Positions 58,081 through 64,000 of a DNA stretch of 64,000 nt are shown here, piece by piece. Every line of letters begins with the position of its first letter. Positions within the stretch are counted from its first letter, which is position 1. The notes beneath the pieces were generated by a model, which saw only the letters and a program-made list of their open reading frames with translations, had not been told where the DNA came from and did no database searches. The stretch is from Thermoanaerobaculia bacterium (GTDB lineage: Bacteria > Acidobacteriota > Thermoanaerobaculia > Multivoradales > UBA5704). The translations under genes were made by a program, and so were the position numbers. The stretch spans positions 160,001 through 224,000 of the forward strand of contig JBGAGQ010000002.1 in NCBI GenBank assembly GCA_044226625.1, read 5' to 3'.

Positions 58081-60243
58081 ATGTCCCGTTCCCTCGCGAG
58101 ACTCCTGCTCGCCGTCTGTTGTGCCGGCTCCGCCGGCCTCCCGTCCGCGTTCGGCCAGACCGAAGCGCCTTCGGCCGCGAGCGAAACCGCCGGCGAAGCG
58201 AAACCTGTGGCGTCTCAGCCCGCCGATCGAGATTCGGGCGCCGACGAGAATCCCACCCCGGACGACCTGCGCGTCTACGACGAGGTCGAGGTCGTCGGCC
58301 GGGCGAGCGACCTCACCGGGATCGCCGACTCGGCGACCGAGGGGGTGACCGGCCGGGCCGAGCTTTCCCAGCGGCCGATCCTCCGGCCGGCGGAGCTGCT
58401 CGAAACGGTGCCCGGCGTAATCATCACGCAGCACAGTGGGAGCGGTAAGGCGAATCAGTATTTCCTCCGGGGGTTCAACCTCGATCACGGCACCGATTTC
58501 CGGGTAAGCGTCGACGGCATGCCGCTCAACATGCCGAGCCACGGTCACGGTCAGGGATACGCCGATCTCAATTTCCTCATCCCCGAGCTGGTCTCGGCCG
58601 TCGAATACCGCAAAGGTGCCTACGACGCCTCGCTCGGCGACTTCTCCGCGGCGGGCGCGGCGCAGCTCGAGCTGGTCGATCGGCTCGACCGCGGCATCGC
58701 CCAGGTGACCCCGGGGAGCTACGGTTACGGCCGGGCGCTCGTCGCCGACTCGCGCGAGATCGGCGGCGGCGTCCTCCTCGGCGCGCTCGAATACGTCGCG
58801 AACGACGGTCCCTGGAAGCTGCCCGAAGGTCTCGAGAAGAAAAACGGGGTGCTGCGCTACAGCCGGGGGGATGCGGGGACCGGCTTCAGCCTGACGGCGA
58901 TGGGCTATGACTCCTCGTGGGATTCGACCGATCAGATTCCGACCCGCGCCGTTCGCGAAAGGCTCGTCGACCGCTTCGGCGCGATCGATCCGACCGATGG
59001 CGGCCGCTCTTCGCGCTACAGCTTGTCGTTCGAAGAGCGGCGCGCGACGAACGAACGCCTCGACCGGTTCCAGGCCTACCTCGTCGCCTACGACCTCGAT
59101 CTGTTCTCGAACTTCACGTTCTTCCTGGACGATCCGGAAAACGGCGACCAGTTCGAGCAGGTCGATCGCCGGACGATCGCCGGGTTCCAAGCCGACCGCC
59201 GGTGGTTTACGACCCTCGGCGGCCGGAGCGTCGAGACGACCGCAGGGCTCGAGGGACGCGGCGATTCGATCTCCAATGGCCTCTTTTCTTCCCGCGAGCG
59301 GCAGCGCCTCGGCACGACCCGAAAAGACGACATCCGTCAGATCTCGGTCGCTCCTTTCGCCCAGGCCCTCGTCCATTGGACCCCGTGGCTGCGGACGGTG
59401 ACGGGCCTACGCCTCGACGGCTATTCGGCCCGAGTCACGAGCGACCTCGCGGCGAATTCCGGAGGCCGGACCGCGGCGCTTCTGTCGCCGAAGGTGAGTT
59501 TGCTCTTCGGACCGTGGCGGTCGACAGAGATCTACCTGAACTATGGCTACGGCTTCCACAGCAACGACGCGCGCGGCGCAACGATCCGCGTCGACCCGAA
59601 AACGGGCGATCCGCTCCGCCGCGTCGATCCGCTGGTACGGGCGAAAAGCTTCGACCTCGGCGTGCGGACGAACGCCCTCCGCGGTCTCCAGACTACAATC
59701 TCGCTCTTCGCCCTCGACCTCGATTCCGAGCTGCTGTTCGTCGGCGACGCGGGCAACACCGAGGCGAGCCGGCCGAGCCGGCGGATCGGCGTCGAGCTGG
59801 CGAACTTCTGGCGCGTCCGCCCCTGGCTCTCGATCGACGCCGATCTCTCCCTCTCCCGCGGGCGCTTCCGAGACGACGCTCCGGAAGGCGACCGCATCCC
59901 CGGCGCGATCGAGCGAGTCGCGGCGATCGGCGTCACCCTCACCGATACGAAGGGCCTCTCGGCGAGCGTCCGCCTCCGCTGCTTCGGCCCGCGCGACCTG
60001 ATCGAAGACGGCTCCGTCCGCTCCCGCTCCTCGAGCCTCGTGAACGCCCGGGTCGCCTACCTGTTCGGGAGCCGGCTGGAGGTGGGCCTCGAGCTGCTCA
60101 ACGCCCTCGACGCCCAAGCGAGCGACATCGACTACTTCTACGCCTCGCGCCTCCCCGGCGAACCCGCCGAAGGGGTCGAAGACCGGCACTTCCATCCCGC
60201 CGAGAAGCGGTCCGCCCGGCTTACCGCGGAGTGGCGGTTCTAG
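58081..60243 (+). CDS. TonB-dependent receptor
   Basis: Signal peptide, DEVEV TonB box, plug QYFLRGF...VDGMPLN, beta barrel, terminal Phe. Confidence 0.9.
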   Translation: MSRSLARLLLAVCCAGSAGLPSAFGQTEAPSAASETAGEAKPVASQPADRDSGADENPTPDDLRVYDEVEVVGRASDLTGIADSATEGVTGRAELSQRPILRPAELLETVPGVIITQHSGSGKANQYFLRGFNLDHGTDFRVSVDGMPLNMPSHGHGQGYADLNFLIPELVSAVEYRKGAYDASLGDFSAAGAAQLELVDRLDRGIAQVTPGSYGYGRALVADSREIGGGVLLGALEYVANDGPWKLPEGLEKKNGVLRYSRGDAGTGFSLTAMGYDSSWDSTDQIPTRAVRERLVDRFGAIDPTDGGRSSRYSLSFEERRATNERLDRFQAYLVAYDLDLFSNFTFFLDDPENGDQFEQVDRRTIAGFQADRRWFTTLGGRSVETTAGLEGRGDSISNGLFSSRERQRLGTTRKDDIRQISVAPFAQALVHWTPWLRTVTGLRLDGYSARVTSDLAANSGGRTAALLSPKVSLLFGPWRSTEIYLNYGYGFHSNDARGATIRVDPKTGDPLRRVDPLVRAKSFDLGVRTNALRGLQTTISLFALDLDSELLFVGDAGNTEASRPSRRIGVELANFWRVRPWLSIDADLSLSRGRFRDDAPEGDRIPGAIERVAAIGVTLTDTKGLSASVRLRCFGPRDLIEDGSVRSRSSSLVNARVAYLFGSRLEVGLELLNALDAQASDIDYFYASRLPGEPAEGVEDRHFHPAEKRSARLTAEWRF

Positions 60244-60484
60244 CTAGCGGGGGAGGATTCGAGATGGGGGCGGTGCGGTCCGCCGAAAGAGCCCCTCTTT
60301 GAAAGAAACCCACCCCTTCTGGCGCGAGAGAGCCCCCCTCCTGGCCTCCCCCCGCATGCGGGGGGAGGGACCCTGCGCCGAGAGGAAGTAGGAGTCGGGA
60401 GGTGGGCGTCCCTGTGGGGCAGAAAGGGCCGGGCGGGCCTCCTCCCCCGCTAGCGGGGGAGGATTCGAGGTGGGGGCGGTGCGG
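60243..60484. repeat. REP-like palindromic cluster
   Basis: Perfect 24-bp palindromes at 60345-60368 and 60440-60463; 36-bp direct repeat 60243-60278 / 60449-60484 with 1 mismatch. Confidence 0.8.
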
Positions 60485-60536
60485 ACCCGGCGAACGACGG
60501 TGAGAAATTCGGGCTAGGCCGGCACAGCCTGTCGCC

Positions 60537-60827
60537 TCAGCGGAGCCTCCAAAGCCCCGGCTTCCGCCGGTGGTGGAGGACGGCGAGGACGACGACGCGA
60601 TCGGCCTCCGGTTGGATGTAATAGATCGAGTAAGGGAACTTTCGGAGGACACACCGTCGAGCGCCGCCGATATCCGGGTATTGAAGCGGGTACTCGCGAA
60701 TCCGATCGTAGCTCTGGCTCAAATCGAGAACGAATCGGCCGCCGAGGCCCGAACGTTCCGCCTCGTACCAATCTCGAGCTGCTCGGATTTGGGCCTCGGC
60801 CCGGGGCCGTACGATGAGTTGCATCAA
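60537..60827 (-). CDS. RelE/ParE family toxin
   Basis: WYEAERSGLGGRF, FPYSIYY, VLAVLHHRRKP. Confidence 0.88.
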   Translation of the reverse strand: MMQLIVRPRAEAQIRAARDWYEAERSGLGGRFVLDLSQSYDRIREYPLQYPDIGGARRCVLRKFPYSIYYIQPEADRVVVLAVLHHRRKPGLWRLR

Positions 60828-61060
60828 CGAGAGGGATCGGAGCGCCGCAGCTCTTCCTCGATCTCTTCCCAGGGGCGCCCGGCTTCCGGATCCGCTCGAT
60901 ACCCCTCAAGTTCCTCCGCGATGACGTCTCGATGCCAATCCGGAACGGGGATCCGCTCTTCGTGCCGGGAGATCCGATCCCATAGTTCCTGAACGTAATC
61001 GATCTGGTCGCCAATCGGCAGGTCGTCGAACTCCGGAGGAACTCTTAGCGGCTGGCTCAT
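60824..61060 (-). CDS. addiction-module antitoxin
   Basis: LPIGDQIDYVQELWDRI...PDWH...WEEI; overlaps the toxin start. Confidence 0.85.
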   Translation of the reverse strand: MSQPLRVPPEFDDLPIGDQIDYVQELWDRISRHEERIPVPDWHRDVIAEELEGYRADPEAGRPWEEIEEELRRSDPSR

Positions 61061-61116
61061 TAGCGAGAGATGCTACGCCGGGTCCGTGAGGACATCAACC
61101 GATTCGGATCGCTCCG

Positions 61117-61196
61117 ACCCGCCGGGGGTCGACGAACGGCACTTCCATCCCACAGAGAAGCGGTCCGCGGGGCAGACCGCGGAGTGGCGGTTCTAG
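61117..61196 (+). pseudogene. diverged duplicate of the last ~80 bp of the TonB-receptor gene
   Basis: Aligns to 60162-60243 with 8 mismatches and a 2-nt gap; GVDERHFHPTEKRSAGQTAEWRF* vs GVEDRHFHPAEKRSARLTAEWRF*. Confidence 0.85.
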
Positions 61197-61297
61197 TAGC
61201 CGGCTCTGCCGGGTAGCGCACTCTCCCGGGATCATGCCGATCTGCGGGGAGTCGACCAACGGCGAACGGCTCGCGCCCGAGACTCGCCGGTCCGACG

Positions 61298-61660
61298 CCG
61301 AATCTCCTGCCCGGAGCCGAAATCCCTCGGCCGCGTACTCCGGTTCGCAGGTCGAGCTCCGAATCTCCGGGTCTCACTCCAAAAATGCTGGTGGAGCTGG
61401 AAATCGGCTGGCTGGAGTCCAAATCGCCTGGCGTTCCTGCAGCCAGGAGATTGCAGAGTCCCGCCAGCCATTCTCGGAGTGCCGCCGGGCTATTTCGAGC
61501 CCGAATGGCCGACTTGAAGCACCGCCAGGAAGTTTTCGACCGCCGCCAGCGAATTTCCCAGCGCAGCCGGTAAATCTGGAGTACGGCCAGCCGATATGAC
61601 GTGCGACCAGGAGATTTGACGTGCGGCTGGGAGATTTGACGTGCGGCCGGGAGATTTCTA
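61298..61660. repeat. degenerate 20-21-bp periodic array
   Basis: Recurring CCRAATC-like then GCCRG...ATT-like units; ends in near-perfect 20-mers GATTTGACGTGCGGCYGGGA (61593-61658). Confidence 0.6.
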
Positions 61661-61918
61661 GCTAGTTCTTCCCTAATCGCGAGCCCCAAGATGGCTTCTT
61701 TACTCCGATGAGGTCGGTCATGGAGACTTTTCATCGACGCCGTGCCGGGTTAGCTGTTCACCAGCAGACCGTCGTGGCTTGCGCCCGCCTTGGGGGAGCG
61801 CAGCAAGGAAGCGGCGCCCTTGTTCCCCGCCGTCCCCGCCGCATAACATCCGTCGTCGAATGACGACATTACCCTCGTCTCTCTTCCCACCGGTCCCGGC
61901 GGACGGAGCACCTTTCCC

Positions 61919-62899
61919 TTGAAAACCAAGATCCTCGTCACGGGGTCGCTCGGCCAGGTCGGCTCCGAGCTGGTCCCCGCCCTCCGCCGCCTGTACGGCC
62001 CCGACCAGGTGATCGCGTCCGACGTCCGGATGATGAGCCGGGAACAACTGTTGCGCACGGAGGGGCCGTTCGAGTTCCTCGACTGCACGAACGCCCGCCA
62101 GATCCAAGAGATGGTGCGGCGCTACGACGTGGGCACGATCTTCCACCTCGTGGCGCTTCTCTCGGCGACCGGCGAGAGCCGGCCGCAGGTCGCCTGGGAC
62201 GTGAACATGGGGAGCCTCTACGGCGTGCTCGAGGTGGCGCGGCAGAATCGTTGCGCGGTCTTCTTCCCCAGCTCGATCGGCGCGTTCGGCCCGGGAACTC
62301 CGCGCGACCAGACGCCGCAGGACACGCTGCAGCGACCGAGCACCATGTACGGCGTGACGAAGGTAGCGGGCGAGCTGCTCTGCGACTATTACCACGAGCG
62401 CTTCGGCGTCGACGCGCGCGGGGTCCGCTTTCCCGGCATCATCTCCCACGGTGCCCCGCCGGGAGGCGGCACCACCGACTACGCGGTCGAGATCTTCTAC
62501 GAGGCGATCCGGCACAAGCACTACACCTGCTTCCTGAAACCCGATACGCGGCTCGACATGATGTTCATGCCCGACGCGGTCAAGGCGACGATCGACGTGA
62601 TGGAGGCCGACGCGGCGAGCCTGGTCCACCGCAATGCGTTCAACGTCACGGCGATGAACTTCACCCCCGAGGAGCTCGCGGCGGAGATCCGCAAGCACAT
62701 CCCCGATTTCGTCCTCGACTATCGGATCGATCCGGTCAAGCAGGCGATCGCCGACACCTGGCCGCGCTCGCTCGACGACAGCGCCGCGCGCGCGGAATGG
62801 GGCTGGCAGCCGCAGTTCGACCTGGCCGCGATGGTCACCGAAATGCTCGAAGCCCTGGAAAAGAAACTGTCGCAGGAGATCGACGAACATGCCCGTTGA
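61919..62899 (+). CDS. L-threonine 3-dehydrogenase (SDR/epimerase type)
   Basis: GSLGQVG, LLSATGE, PSSIGAFG, YGVTK, GGGTTDYAV; adjacent to kbl. Confidence 0.87.
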   Translation: MKTKILVTGSLGQVGSELVPALRRLYGPDQVIASDVRMMSREQLLRTEGPFEFLDCTNARQIQEMVRRYDVGTIFHLVALLSATGESRPQVAWDVNMGSLYGVLEVARQNRCAVFFPSSIGAFGPGTPRDQTPQDTLQRPSTMYGVTKVAGELLCDYYHERFGVDARGVRFPGIISHGAPPGGGTTDYAVEIFYEAIRHKHYTCFLKPDTRLDMMFMPDAVKATIDVMEADAASLVHRNAFNVTAMNFTPEELAAEIRKHIPDFVLDYRIDPVKQAIADTWPRSLDDSAARAEWGWQPQFDLAAMVTEMLEALEKKLSQEIDEHAR

Positions 62900-64000
62900 C
62901 CGCTTCCTACCCGCGCTCGACGCCGAGCTGTCCGCCCTCGAACAGCGCGGTACAAAGAAGGGCGCCGAGTCCGTCATCGTGGGCGTCGTCCCCGCGGCAG
63001 GCGAGCTCGGGCCGCGCTACCTGCTCGCGGGCGAGGGGGACCGGCCGTTCCTCAAGATGAACTCGAACAACTACCTCGGCATGGCGCTCCGGGCCGAATT
63101 GATCGAAGCCGAGGAGCACGCGAGCCAGGCCTACGGCGTCGGCCCCGGCGCGGTCCGGTTCATCAGCGGTACGTATTCGGCGCACACCGATCTAGAGGCC
63201 CGCCTCGCGAAATTCCACGGCCGCGAATCCGCGATGCTCTGGAGCAGCGCCTATGCCGCGATGCTGGGCGTCCTCGTGCCCCTGATCACGCCCGAGACCG
63301 CGGTGGTCAGCGACGAGCTCAACCACAACTGCATCATCAACGCGATGCGCCTCGCGCGGCCGAAGGACAAGAAGATCTACCGTCACCTCGACCTCGCCGA
63401 TCTCGACGCGAAGCTCACCGAGCTCGCCGGGGTCTGCCGGCGGGTGATTTTGGTGACCGACGGCATCTTCAGCATGCGCGGCGCGAACGCCCCGCTGCCG
63501 AAGATCGTCGAGATCGCCCGGCGGCACGACGCGAATTTCCCGGAGAACGTCGTCCTTCTCGTCGACGACTCGCACGGCGTCGGCGCCTTCGGGCGCACCG
63601 GCCGCGGCACCGAAGAGGCGACCGGCTCCGAACCGGCGGACATCCTGGTCGCCACGCTCGGCAAAGCTCTGGGCGTGAACGGCGGTTACGTCGTCGGGAG
63701 CAAGATCCTCACCGACTTCCTGCGCGAGACCTCCCCCACCTACATCTATTCGAACCCGATCACCGTCGGCGAGTGCGCCGCGGCCCATCGCGCCGTCGAT
63801 TTGCTCGACAGCCCGGAAGGGCTCGAACGTCTGGCCCATCTCCGCGCCATGACCGAGCGCTTCCAGCAGGGGCTCCTCCGCCTCGGCTACGAGACGATCC
63901 CGGGGCAGCACCCGGTCGTCCCGCTGATGGTGCGCGACACCGCGAAGACGACGGCGCTCGTCGCCCATCTGCGGTCGCAGGGCATCCTCGCGACGGGCTT
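62889..64000 (+). CDS. kbl: 2-amino-3-ketobutyrate CoA ligase (glycine C-acetyltransferase), runs off the right edge
   Basis: Manual translation: MPVDRFL...NSNNYLG...AVRFISGT, SDELNHNCII, DDSHGVG, TLGKALG. Confidence 0.85.
   Translation, partial: MPVDRFLPALDAELSALEQRGTKKGAESVIVGVVPAAGELGPRYLLAGEGDRPFLKMNSNNYLGMALRAELIEAEEHASQAYGVGPGAVRFISGTYSAHTDLEARLAKFHGRESAMLWSSAYAAMLGVLVPLITPETAVVSDELNHNCIINAMRLARPKDKKIYRHLDLADLDAKLTELAGVCRRVILVTDGIFSMRGANAPLPKIVEIARRHDANFPENVVLLVDDSHGVGAFGRTGRGTEEATGSEPADILVATLGKALGVNGGYVVGSKILTDFLRETSPTYIYSNPITVGECAAAHRAVDLLDSPEGLERLAHLRAMTERFQQGLLRLGYETIPGQHPVVPLMVRDTAKTTALVAHLRSQGILATG

Noticed and set aside
61060-61734. 224-aa minus-strand ORF and 121-aa plus-strand ORF
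   Set aside because: They run across the repeat array and the duplicated receptor end, with no coding-like composition or motifs.

Overview
High-GC bacterial chromosomal segment. Gene content and protein style suggest Acidobacteriota, probably Thermoanaerobaculia-like (inference, not tested). A mostly minus-strand housekeeping backbone (lptF, queD, parAB, miaB, regulatory PTS/rpoN/lpt cluster, recJ, accA, priA, carD, tRNA-Leu, mlaEFD, alr, intein-containing dnaB, tdh-kbl) points towards a candidate XerCD dif site at 1721-1748, which lies directly beside a parAB pair. Accessory blocks are a di-haem/phosphatase trio, a RegBA-controlled copper module, two toxin-antitoxin pairs each near a ~21-bp periodic array, and a duplicated TonB-receptor 3' end with REP-like palindromes. 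The most interesting region is 34950-43906. It encodes an FHA-like sigma54 activator and two paralogous membrane Ser/Thr kinases with TPR regions. Each kinase is tail-to-tail with small beta-rich proteins ending in a DPxIx(V/I)(E/D)PP motif (DP-EP/DUF1888-like). These small genes have sigma54 -24/-12 promoters and share a CGAC-NN-GTCG upstream motif. This looks like a duplicated, diversifying receptor-kinase/sigma54/self-cleaving-protein circuit. All calls are by eye; no database searches were run.
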